DNA from: an uncultured Pseudomonadales bacterium
GTDB taxonomy: Bacteria > Patescibacteriota > Microgenomatia > UBA1400 > CAYXSR01
Direction of reading: 5' to 3'
DNA length: 64,000 nt
NCBI GenBank assembly: GCA_964430265.1
Contig: CAYSEI010000001.1
Location: forward strand, 254,987-318,986
Part shown: positions 55,956-64,000 of the stretch, piece after piece
Layout: each line of letters opens with the position of its first letter
Numbering within the stretch: the first letter of the stretch is position 1
Notes under the pieces: model-generated
The model's database searches: none
What the model saw: only the letters and a program-made list of their open reading frames with translations
What the model was told of the DNA's origin: nothing
Position numbers and translations under genes: made by a program

Positions 55956-58532
55956 TTAGGCTTTTTTTACACGAATTCTTTCTTTATCCATGACTGCTTT
56001 TACTTTAACACCTTCTTCTACTTCTCCTTCAACAATTTTTAATGCTAAAGGGTCAAGAATTTTATCCTGGATTACCCGTTTAAGAGGACGTGCTCCAAAG
56101 ACCGGATCATAACCTTCTTTTGCCAGCTGTTTCTTTACTTGATCAGTTACTTCCAAACTAATATTTTGTGACTGCATTCTTTTTTTAACGTCTTTAATTT
56201 GAAGTTCAACAATCTTTTGTAAATCTGTTTCAGATAAAGGATTAAAAAGAATGATCTCATCAAGTCGGTTTATGAATTCCGGTCTGAACGACTTTTTTAT
56301 TAAACCGGTAATTTCCTTTTCTGTTTCTTTACTGACTCTGCCCTCTTCAACATTAATTCTGTCACTACCTAAATTCGAAGTCATAATTATTATAGTATTT
56401 CTAAAATCGACAGTCCTGCCTTTACCGTCAGTTAACCTTCCGTCATCCAGAACCTGCAGTAGAAGATTAAAAACGTCCTTGTGTGCTTTTTCTATTTCAT
56501 CCAATAAAATTACTGTATAAGGTTTTCTTCTTACAGCTTCAGTCAGTTGTCCGCCTTTTTCATGCCCAACATATCCGGGAGGAGAGCCAATTAAACGGGC
56601 AACAGTATGTCTTTCCTGATATTCACTCATGTCTATTCTGACCATGGCATTTTCGTCATTGAAAAGCACTTCTGCCAAGGCTTTAGTAAGCTCGGTTTTG
56701 CCGACACCGGTTGGACCGACAAAAATGAAACTGCCGATCGGTTTGTCCTCTTCTGCGACTCCTGATCTTGCACGTCTGATTGCGTTACTAACTTCTCTGA
56801 CAGCGTCTTTTTGGTCTACAACTCTTTGGTGGATTTCATCTTCCAGATTAGCCAATTTTTTAGCTTCAGATTTTAATAATTTTGTTACCGGAACTCCTGT
56901 CCAGCGCGAAACAACCTTAGCGATACTTTCTTCTGTTACTTCTTCTTGAAGAATTTTCTCTTCGTCAGGAATCTTTTTCCATTTTTCAGTGTACTTACTT
57001 AGTTCTTCTTCCAGTTCCGGAATCTTACCGTATTTAATTTCAGCGGCCTTGTCCAAATTAACATCCCTTTCCGCTTTTTGTAGCTTAATACGCAGTTCGT
57101 CAATTTTCTCACGGGTTTCCCTTACTTGCGACATTAACTCTTTTTGGTTTTTCCAAACCAATTCCAAGCTTTCTGCTTTTTCTTTTAGATTGGCAATCTC
57201 TTTTTCAATATTATCTACTTTCTCCTTTTCTCCTCGGCCGTTTTTTATTGCCTTTTTCTGGATTTCCAGCTGAGTTATTTTTCTTTTTAACTCATCCAAT
57301 TCTGTTGGCATGGATTCGGTTTCAATTTTTAAGGCGGATGATGCTTCATCAATTAGGTCAATTGCCTTATCAGGTAAAAATCTGTCACGGATATAACGGT
57401 TGGAAAGTTCCGCAGCAGCAACCAAAGCAGAATCCTGAATTCTAATTCCGTGGAAAAGTTCATACCGCTCCTTAAGCCCCCTTAAAATTGCAATTGTATC
57501 TTCAACAGAGGGTTCGGAAACATAAACGGGTTGAAAACGTCTTTCCAGTGCAGCGTCCTTTTCAATATGCTGTCTGTATTCTTCAATGGTTGTGGCACCG
57601 ATTGCCCTGATTTCTCCTCTAGCTAAAGCAGGCTTTAGCATATTGGATGCATCAACTGCTCCCTGGGCTGCGCCTGCTCCAACCAAAGTGTGGACTTCAT
57701 CAATAAAAATTATGTATCTTCCTTTTGCTTTTTTAATTTCTTTTAATAGAGCTTTAAGTCTTTCCTCAAATTCTCCCCTGAATTTACTTCCTGCTAATAA
57801 GGAGGCAATATCTAACATTAATACTTGTTTGTTTTTTAAAGTATCAGGAACATCACCATCGGCTATTCTTTGAGCTAAACCTTCAACAATAGCAGTCTTC
57901 CCTACTCCCGGATCTCCGATTAAAACCGGGTTGTTTTTTGTTCTACGCGAAATTATCTGCATCAAGCGTCTAATTTCTTCATTACGGCCAATAACGGGGT
58001 CAAGTTTACCTTCTTCTGCTCTTTTAATTAAATTAATTGTGTATTTTTCCAGAACCTGATACTTTGCTTCCGGAGATCTATCAGTTACTTTATTTGTTCC
58101 TCTGATCATTTTTAAAACCTCCTTTATATTCTTTTTATTGATCCCAACAGATTCAAGTATATCACGTGATTGGCACTCTTGACAAGTGAGTGCTAAAAAC
58201 AAGTGTTCTCGGGATATATACTGGTCATCCATTTGTTTTGCTTGATTTTTTGCATTTTTAAAAACAGTATTTAAGATCTCCGAAATTCTTGGTTTCGGAA
58301 TTTCTGTGCTTGAAGGTAGTTTTTCAATCTTTTTTTTTAGTTTATCTAGAACCTTTTCCTGGTCTGCCCCAATTTTTTCAATAATTGCAGAAACTACTCC
58401 TTTATTTTGCAGCACTAGTGCTAACAATAAATGCAAATCGTTAATTTGGGGATTTTTCTGTTCCTGAGCTATTTGGAGAGCATTGGCCAAAGCTTCCTGA
58501 GATGAGTAAGTTAAACTTTCAGGGTCAATCAT
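55956..58532 (-). CDS. clpB: Chaperone ClpB
   Basis: Two AAA+ domains ([16 protein letters not shown]), coiled-coil M domain with KYGKIP, GARPL. Confidence 0.96.
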   Translation of the reverse strand: MIDPESLTYSSQEALANALQIAQEQKNPQINDLHLLLALVLQNKGVVSAIIEKIGADQEKVLDKLKKKIEKLPSSTEIPKPRISEILNTVFKNAKNQAKQMDDQYISREHLFLALTCQECQSRDILESVGINKKNIKEVLKMIRGTNKVTDRSPEAKYQVLEKYTINLIKRAEEGKLDPVIGRNEEIRRLMQIISRRTKNNPVLIGDPGVGKTAIVEGLAQRIADGDVPDTLKNKQVLMLDIASLLAGSKFRGEFEERLKALLKEIKKAKGRYIIFIDEVHTLVGAGAAQGAVDASNMLKPALARGEIRAIGATTIEEYRQHIEKDAALERRFQPVYVSEPSVEDTIAILRGLKERYELFHGIRIQDSALVAAAELSNRYIRDRFLPDKAIDLIDEASSALKIETESMPTELDELKRKITQLEIQKKAIKNGRGEKEKVDNIEKEIANLKEKAESLELVWKNQKELMSQVRETREKIDELRIKLQKAERDVNLDKAAEIKYGKIPELEEELSKYTEKWKKIPDEEKILQEEVTEESIAKVVSRWTGVPVTKLLKSEAKKLANLEDEIHQRVVDQKDAVREVSNAIRRARSGVAEEDKPIGSFIFVGPTGVGKTELTKALAEVLFNDENAMVRIDMSEYQERHTVARLIGSPPGYVGHEKGGQLTEAVRRKPYTVILLDEIEKAHKDVFNLLLQVLDDGRLTDGKGRTVDFRNTIIIMTSNLGSDRINVEEGRVSKETEKEITGLIKKSFRPEFINRLDEIILFNPLSETDLQKIVELQIKDVKKRMQSQNISLEVTDQVKKQLAKEGYDPVFGARPLKRVIQDKILDPLALKIVEGEVEEGVKVKAVMDKERIRVKKA

Positions 58533-59422
58533 TATTGCATATTTTTTAAACTAGCAATTCTTTTCTCTATAGGTGGATGTGTTTGATATAAATTTGCAAA
58601 CGCACCAACTCCTTTTTTAAGATTCTTTAAAGGATTGGAGATGTATAAATGTGCTGTTGCTCTATTGGCTGCTTCAAGCGGTTCTTTATCCGCGGAAATC
58701 TTTGTTAAAGCAGATATCAACCCCGAAGGTTGTCTTGTCAGTTTTACTGCTCCTGCATCTGCAGAATATTCCCTTCTTCTTGATAAAGCCAGCTGGATAA
58801 GCTTGGCAATTATTGGTGAAAGAAGGCCTATAATTATGGCAAAAATTAAAAGAATTGAATTTCCTTTTTTACGTTCTCGGCTACCAAGCCTTGCTCTAAG
58901 CATCCAATCCCCTAATAAAGCAATTGTTCCCACTAAAATTGATACCAAAGACATTAACCGGATGTCATAGTTTTTAATATGTGTAATCTCATGGGCTACA
59001 ACTGCCTCTATTTCAGTTCTTTCAAGCCTGCTTAACAATCCGGTAGTTGCACAGACAACTGCATGTTCCGGATCTCTTCCTGTAGCAAACGCGTTAATTG
59101 AAGAATCGTTGATAACATAAAGTTTGGGCATGGGAATGTCAGCCGCCATTGCCAGGTTTTCTGCTGCAGTATAAAAGTCAAAATATTTATCTCTTTGAGC
59201 TTTTTTTGCATTGGAGATTCCCAGAATAATCTTATCGCTCCAGTAATATGAAACAAAAGAAGAAATTCCAGAAAATATAAGAGCAAGTCCAATAAAACCC
59301 AATCCGTAATCCAAAACATTTGCAAACACCCAGCCAATAAAAAGCACAAATAGGATAAATAAAAAAACCACAATATTTGAACGACGCTTATTTATCGCTA
59401 CTTGTTCATATACATTCAACAT
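58532..59422 (-). CDS. htpX: M48 zinc metalloprotease HtpX
   Basis: NAFATGR, HEITH, SRRREY.AD, THPP. Confidence 0.93.
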   Translation of the reverse strand: MLNVYEQVAINKRRSNIVVFLFILFVLFIGWVFANVLDYGLGFIGLALIFSGISSFVSYYWSDKIILGISNAKKAQRDKYFDFYTAAENLAMAADIPMPKLYVINDSSINAFATGRDPEHAVVCATTGLLSRLERTEIEAVVAHEITHIKNYDIRLMSLVSILVGTIALLGDWMLRARLGSRERKKGNSILLIFAIIIGLLSPIIAKLIQLALSRRREYSADAGAVKLTRQPSGLISALTKISADKEPLEAANRATAHLYISNPLKNLKKGVGAFANLYQTHPPIEKRIASLKNMQ

Positions 59423-59442
59423 ATCTCTTAACTAAAACCTAC

Positions 59443-60030
59443 TTATAACTCTACCTTGGGAGCTTTAGTTTCTTCTTCCGAAACAGAAATATGTGCTCCT
59501 TCCATTGCTGTTTGCAGCCCTTTTTCAGGTTGAAATCCAAAAATATTGGCAACAATATTACTTGGGAAGACCTGAAGTTTTGTGTTGTAGTCAGCAGTTA
59601 AATCAATTAGTGTTCTTCTTGCATACATAACTTTATCAGCAGTATCTCTTAGCTCATCCATTAGTTTTTGTGTTGGCTGGTCAGCCTTTAATTCTGGCGT
59701 GTCTTCTACAACTAAACGGATAGATCCCAAAGCATTACTAAGAGCATCGCTTGCCTCAACCATTTTTTGGGGATCATTTCCCTTTACAGCCGTGTTAATT
59801 TGTTTTCTTGCCTCGGTTATCTTTTTAAATGCCTCTTGCTCGTGGTCCATGTATCCTTTAACCGATTCGACCAAATTAGGAATCAGGTTGGCTTGTCTTT
59901 TCAACTGGTTACCAATTTCCTGTACAGAAGCCTTAATACGAACTTTTAAGGTTGTCAAACTGTTATATACGCCGATAGCATAAAGCGCTATCAAAACAAT
60001 TCCGCCAAGTAAAATATAGAGTAATGGCAT
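59443..60030 (-). CDS. lemA: LemA family protein
   Basis: TM, YN.L, LKR..LIPNLV..VKGY..HE, PELKA, FPSNIVA. Confidence 0.94.
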   Translation of the reverse strand: MPLLYILLGGIVLIALYAIGVYNSLTTLKVRIKASVQEIGNQLKRQANLIPNLVESVKGYMDHEQEAFKKITEARKQINTAVKGNDPQKMVEASDALSNALGSIRLVVEDTPELKADQPTQKLMDELRDTADKVMYARRTLIDLTADYNTKLQVFPSNIVANIFGFQPEKGLQTAMEGAHISVSEEETKAPKVEL

Positions 60031-60067
60031 AATTTCCTCCTAATTAAATATATTGTTAACTAATTTA

Positions 60068-60096
60068 ATTATAATGAAAATATTAGTAAATGTCAC
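60068..60096 (-). promoter_or_regulatory. Sigma70 promoter of lemA-htpX-clpB
   Basis: GTGACA-17 bp-TATAAT, with an AGGAGG SD downstream. Confidence 0.7.
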
Positions 60097-60219
60097 TATT
60101 TATTAAACAACGTAATTTTATATTATTATGTTTTGTAAAAATACTAAATTTATAAATAAATCTATTTTCACGGATGATTTTCACGCGGGTAATATTTGTT
60201 TTCAAAAGTATTAATTTTG

Positions 60220-60290
60220 AGCGGGATACGAGAATCGAACTCGTATCATCACCTTGGGAAGGTGATGTTCTACCATTGAACTAATCCCGC
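60220..60290 (-). tRNA. tRNA-Gly(CCC)
   Basis: GCGGGAT/ATCCCGC acceptor, TCACC-ttCCCaa-GGTGA. Confidence 0.95.
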
Positions 60291-60310
60291 ATTAACTAAT
60301 ATTAATATAT

Positions 60311-60931
60311 TTACCGCGGAATTTGCAACTCTTGCCCGACTTCGATATACCCCGGATTATTAATGTTATTTACTCTAGAAATTTCCGGCCATTGATATCC
60401 GTCTCCATATGCTCTAACCGAAATTTTCCAAAGACTGTCACCTTTTTGAACTGTGTAAGTATCGCTTTCAATCGGATTCTCAACATTATCAGTTTCAGCA
60501 CTTGCTATTTCTTCTGTTTTAACTTGTTTTACTGCTACCTGAGGAATTGTAAGTTCTTGTCCTTCATTTAATTGATCGGGATTATCTAAATTGTTTGTTT
60601 CTGCTATATCAACCCAATTGTATCCAGAACCATAATATTCTTCAGCAATTTCCCAAAGGTGTTCACCGGATTCAACTTTATGGGTTGTAGGCAAGTTTTG
60701 CGGGACTTTTTGTTCGTCTTTGGTTATGAAAGTAATTCCTTCTTCTGTGACAACAGAAGGGGTTGGAGATTCTGTCCCATCACGAGCTGCTTGCTTTTGT
60801 TTTTGATTGTTTTGAAAATAGTTAAATATCAAAACTCCAATAATTACTATAACAACAGCACCTAAAATGGTGCTGATAATGGGTTCATTTTCTTTTATTT
60901 TTTTTAAAAGGTCCTTAAGATACTTTTCCAT
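60311..60931 (-). CDS. Membrane-anchored protein with two LysM domains
   Basis: HKVESGEHLWEIA..YYG.G..W..IA and YTVQKGDSLWKIS..AYG.G..W. Confidence 0.93.
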   Translation of the reverse strand: MEKYLKDLLKKIKENEPIISTILGAVVIVIIGVLIFNYFQNNQKQKQAARDGTESPTPSVVTEEGITFITKDEQKVPQNLPTTHKVESGEHLWEIAEEYYGSGYNWVDIAETNNLDNPDQLNEGQELTIPQVAVKQVKTEEIASAETDNVENPIESDTYTVQKGDSLWKISVRAYGDGYQWPEISRVNNINNPGYIEVGQELQIPR

Positions 60932-60993
60932 GTTATTTCTCTTTCTGAGCAGTTTTAGGCAGGAGTATTTTTATAATTAATTTATTTTACTTG

Positions 60994-61067
60994 CGGGAGC
61001 GACGGGACTCGAACCCGCAACCTCTGGCTCGACAGGCCAGAGCTCTAACCGATTGAGCTACGCCCCC
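60994..61067 (-). tRNA. tRNA-Asp(GTC)
   Basis: GGGGGCG/CGCTCCC acceptor, CTGGC-ctGTCga-GCCAG. Confidence 0.95.
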
Positions 61068-61113
61068 AATTAGCATTAATTATATTACCAAAATAAACAG
61101 GGTAAGGCAATAA

Positions 61114-62133
61114 TTAATAATTAGCATGCAATTGGCCGCAGCCCGCTTCAATATTTTGTCCAAAAGATTTTCGTATACTAACATTAATACCTTTATTCTC
61201 CAACTTACTCCTAAACTCTCTTATTTTTTCTTTCCCAGAGGGTTTAAATTTTTTTGGACACCCTTTTCCCGGATTGTATTCTATTAAATTAACGTGGTAA
61301 AGATAAGCAATATCCGTTCTGGCTTTAATTATGCTTTCAAGTCTGTTTAAATGTTCATTTGTATCGTTTATGTTTTCAAGCATTAAATATGCCAAAAATA
61401 CTTTACGATTGTTTTTTCTAATATGTTTATCAAGTGTTTGCATTACTTTTTCAAGCGGATATTTTCTTGATGCGGGTATCAGTTCTTTTCTTTGACCAGA
61501 AAGTGCAGTATGCAAAGAAAGGGCAATATTTATCTGAGGAAATTCTTTGCTTAACCTTTCAATTCCGGGAATTATTCCTATAGTGGAAACATTAATGTTT
61601 CTTTCCCCAAAATTAAACATGTTTTTGTCTTCAAGTAAATGTAAACAGGAAAAGATATTAGGATTTTCTAAAGGTTCTCCCATCCCCATTAAAGATATGC
61701 TGTGTAAAGAATAATCGTTGAGTAAAAAGTAAAGTGGCTGACCAATCATTTCATTAACACTTAGGTTTCTTTTAAATCCCATATTCCCGGTTGCACAAAA
61801 GGTGCAGCCCATTTTACATCCTACTTGTGTGGAAATACAAAGTGTATTCCAGTTTTTATATTGCATGAGAACAGATTCAATTCTTTGTTTATCTTTGAGT
61901 TGGAAAAGAACTTTTTTGGTTTTATTGCTTTTTTGTGTTTCTAGTTCTTTTAATTTTAAGATCTTACCAAAATTCTTTTTCAAATCTTGCCTTAAATTCT
62001 GTGGTAAACCAATCATTGCTTCAAAATCAGATATCTTTTGCTTAAATATTGCATTTAGTATCTGTTTATAGCGATATTCAGCAATACTATTTTTACGAAT
62101 ATAGTTTTTTATTTCAATTAAGGTATTTTTCAT
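61114..62133 (-). CDS. Cfr/RlmN family radical SAM 23S rRNA A2503 methyltransferase, Cfr-like
   Basis: CKMGCTFC, MGMGEP, CGQL; Cfr-type segments YR.KQI.NAIFKQ.IS.FE.M, LYF.L, STIGIIP, RKV.LAY.ML, LYHVNLI.YNP. Confidence 0.88.
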   Translation of the reverse strand: MKNTLIEIKNYIRKNSIAEYRYKQILNAIFKQKISDFEAMIGLPQNLRQDLKKNFGKILKLKELETQKSNKTKKVLFQLKDKQRIESVLMQYKNWNTLCISTQVGCKMGCTFCATGNMGFKRNLSVNEMIGQPLYFLLNDYSLHSISLMGMGEPLENPNIFSCLHLLEDKNMFNFGERNINVSTIGIIPGIERLSKEFPQINIALSLHTALSGQRKELIPASRKYPLEKVMQTLDKHIRKNNRKVFLAYLMLENINDTNEHLNRLESIIKARTDIAYLYHVNLIEYNPGKGCPKKFKPSGKEKIREFRSKLENKGINVSIRKSFGQNIEAGCGQLHANY

Positions 62134-62170
62134 TGCATTAATTATACAAAAATTGCTATAATAATTTTAG

Positions 62171-62971
62171 ATGAGAAAACAAATACTGGCAAAAGACTTA
62201 CTTAAGACTAGAGATATTTTACAAGCAGCCCCCCAAGATACATTAATAGAAGCGCTTACAAAACTTTCCAGAACCCATGATGCAATTTTTGTATTTGATA
62301 ATGATAAAAAATTTTTGGGTGTAATCAGTCCGTATTATGCGCTTTTCAAGTCCAATTATCCGCCAAACACCAAGGTGAATAAAGCTTTATACAGCCCGCC
62401 AAAATTGGACATAGAGACTCCCCTACAAGAAATATCCAGATTAATGACTGAGTCCAAAGTATATTTTCTACCTGTTATTGACCAAGAAAAAGAGTTTAAG
62501 GGAATTGTAACCATAAACAGGATATTAAAAACTGTTTTAAAAAATAATCTTGCCTCTAAAATGGAGGTGAGAAGAAAAAAACCATTAATTGCAATTCATG
62601 AAAAGGCAAGTTTGGCGGATGCTTTTAATAGAATGAAAGATAAAAGGGTTGCTAGGCTTCCGGTGGTTAACTCGCATAAGCATTTAAAGGGTATTGTCAG
62701 CCGTCATGATATCAGGCTAGCAATTTCTGAACCACAAGAAAGCCCTCGGTATATGTCGCGTGAAGGCAACAAAAACAAGTTGCTAAATGAGCCTTTAAAT
62801 AAATACTATCAAAAGTTAGTTGTTACAGCAGATCCAGCTACAACAACAAAAAGTTTGATAAAAAAAGTTCTTGATAAAAAAGTAGGCAGTGTAATAATTG
62901 TTAACCAGAACCGAACTCCTGTAGGTATAGTAACAAACTATGATCTTTTAAAAGCAATTCAAAAGCTTTAA
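62171..62971 (+). CDS. CBS-domain protein (four CBS repeats)
   Basis: Repeated LPV.D/N....GIV[TS]..D motifs. Confidence 0.9.
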   Translation: MRKQILAKDLLKTRDILQAAPQDTLIEALTKLSRTHDAIFVFDNDKKFLGVISPYYALFKSNYPPNTKVNKALYSPPKLDIETPLQEISRLMTESKVYFLPVIDQEKEFKGIVTINRILKTVLKNNLASKMEVRRKKPLIAIHEKASLADAFNRMKDKRVARLPVVNSHKHLKGIVSRHDIRLAISEPQESPRYMSREGNKNKLLNEPLNKYYQKLVVTADPATTTKSLIKKVLDKKVGSVIIVNQNRTPVGIVTNYDLLKAIQKL

Positions 62972-62973
62972 AG

Positions 62974-63003
62974 TAGACAATATGTTCATTTTTTTAATAT
63001 AAT
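62974..63003 (+). promoter_or_regulatory. Sigma70 promoter for structured RNA + tRNA-Thr
   Basis: TAGACA-18 bp-TATAAT; predicted TSS near 63010. Confidence 0.65.
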
Positions 63004-63009
63004 TATATT

Positions 63010-63083
63010 AGCCAGTGTGGTAGGCTTAAATATTACTTCAATGCAAGTAATAGTCCGTAAGGTAAGTTTCTACTACGCTGGCT
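63010..63083 (+). ncRNA. Unassigned structured RNA candidate (~74 nt)
   Basis: AGCCAGTGTGGTAG pairs with CTACTACGCTGGCT (2 G-U); inner TATTACTT/AAGTAATA hairpin; CC-GTAA-GG. Confidence 0.55.
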
Positions 63084-63092
63084 TATACTCAG

Positions 63093-63165
63093 GCCTGTGT
63101 AGCTCAGTTGGGAGAGCAACGGTATCGTAAACCGTAGGTCGTCGGTTCAAATCCGACCGCAGGCT
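63093..63165 (+). tRNA. tRNA-Thr(CGT)
   Basis: GCCTGTG/CGCAGGC acceptor, ACGGT-atCGTaa-ACCGT, GGTTCAAATCC. Confidence 0.93.
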
Positions 63166-63193
63166 CATTACTCATTATTAAATTAATAACAAA

Positions 63194-63901
63194 ATGGTAA
63201 GACGATCAAAAAAACAAGAGAAAAAAAACATTAGACAAGCAATTTTCTTTACTTTTCTTTCAATTGTAATGATTTTGGCCCTCTTTTTTGTGGGAATTCC
63301 TTTATTAGTCAGGCTGTCAATATTTCTCGGAGACTTAAGATCACAAAATGATCCGATTGTATCTGAGGATGTACTTCCTCCACAAACCCCAGTCTTAGAG
63401 CCATTACCCGACGCTACAAATGAAAATACGATCAAAGTAAGCGGATACACAGAAAAAGGAGCTACAGTGAAAGTATATTTAAATGGAATTGATAAAAAAG
63501 AAACTGTGGCAAATGAAGAAGGAAAATTCTCAATTGATAACCTTGAACTATATAAAGGGGAAAATAAGATAAATGCTAAGGCAATTGACTCATCTGCAAA
63601 TGAAAGTGATTTTTCTCCGGTAAAAACCGTTGTTGTTGACAAAAAAGAACCCGAGTTGGAAATTGTAGAACCCGAAGAAGGAAAAGAATATTTTGGTGAT
63701 CAAGATTCTGTTAATATAAGCGGAAAAACAGATCCGGAAGCAAGTGTAATAATTAATGACATAAAAGTTATTGTTAATTCAGAAGGTGAATTTTCTACTG
63801 TCATGAACCTTTCTGAAGATGAAAATGTTTTTAAAATTATAGCAACCGATCCTGCCGGAAACAAAACTGAAAAAGAAATTAAGGTTAATTATTCTTCCTA
63901 G
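63194..63901 (+). CDS. Membrane-anchored protein with two Ig-like domains
   Basis: TM then V.G.TE.GA.V...NG, L..GEN.I...A.D..GN repeats. Confidence 0.88.
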   Translation: MVRRSKKQEKKNIRQAIFFTFLSIVMILALFFVGIPLLVRLSIFLGDLRSQNDPIVSEDVLPPQTPVLEPLPDATNENTIKVSGYTEKGATVKVYLNGIDKKETVANEEGKFSIDNLELYKGENKINAKAIDSSANESDFSPVKTVVVDKKEPELEIVEPEEGKEYFGDQDSVNISGKTDPEASVIINDIKVIVNSEGEFSTVMNLSEDENVFKIIATDPAGNKTEKEIKVNYSS

Positions 63902-63926
63902 CCTCCTCTATTTAAAAGATAATTAC

Positions 63927-64000
63927 TTAATCCAGAAAAGATAAGAAGAAAAATAATAAAAGCATTACCGGTGCATAAAATAAAGTATTATTAATTAAAG
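63927..64000 (-). CDS. 3' end of a membrane protein (possibly O-antigen ligase-like), truncated by window edge
   Basis: Open frame ...LINNTLFYAPVMLLLFFFLSFLD-stop. Confidence 0.4.
   Translation of the reverse strand, partial: LINNTLFYAPVMLLLFFFLSFLD

Noticed and set aside
58188-58196. GAGTGCTAA CIRCE half-site
   Set aside because: Inside the clpB coding sequence with no matching left arm.
63010-63083. Identification as SRP RNA, tRNA, or twister/pistol/hammerhead ribozyme
   Set aside because: Lacks the SRP CAGG/AGCA loop, the T and D loops, and the ribozyme core motifs; kept only as an unassigned RNA.

Overview
AT-rich, gene-dense bacterial chromosome segment using genetic code 11 (TGA is a stop). 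Gene content points to Patescibacteria/CPR, probably Microgenomates (inference from secG-SBP-holin-transglutaminase-lexA, short HolA and pervasive leaderless genes). It carries ruvAB, mnmA, dnaE, gatCAB, clpB, a glycolysis/fermentation cluster, a truncated pyrimidine operon and 11 tRNAs. I saw no integrase, transposase, rRNA or CRISPR array. Main leads: (1) a head-to-head Elp3 + Trm9/ALKBH8-like methyltransferase pair suggesting a eukaryote/archaea-type mcm5(s2)U wobble pathway; (2) a stress/dormancy island (Balon-like aeRF1 homologue, HPF, Hsp20, YtxH) whose promoters share an 11-bp-period direct repeat and which flanks a non-phosphorylatable OmpR-family regulator; (3) a LexA lacking its cleavage site and catalytic Ser, whose operator architecture recurs in front of a 460-aa orphan; (4) a CAD/URA2-like MGS allosteric domain fused to dihydroorotate dehydrogenase behind an attenuator; (5) a Cfr-like rRNA methyltransferase; (6) a ~74-nt structured RNA in front of tRNA-Thr. 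All family calls come from motif recognition by eye. No searches or folding calculations were run.
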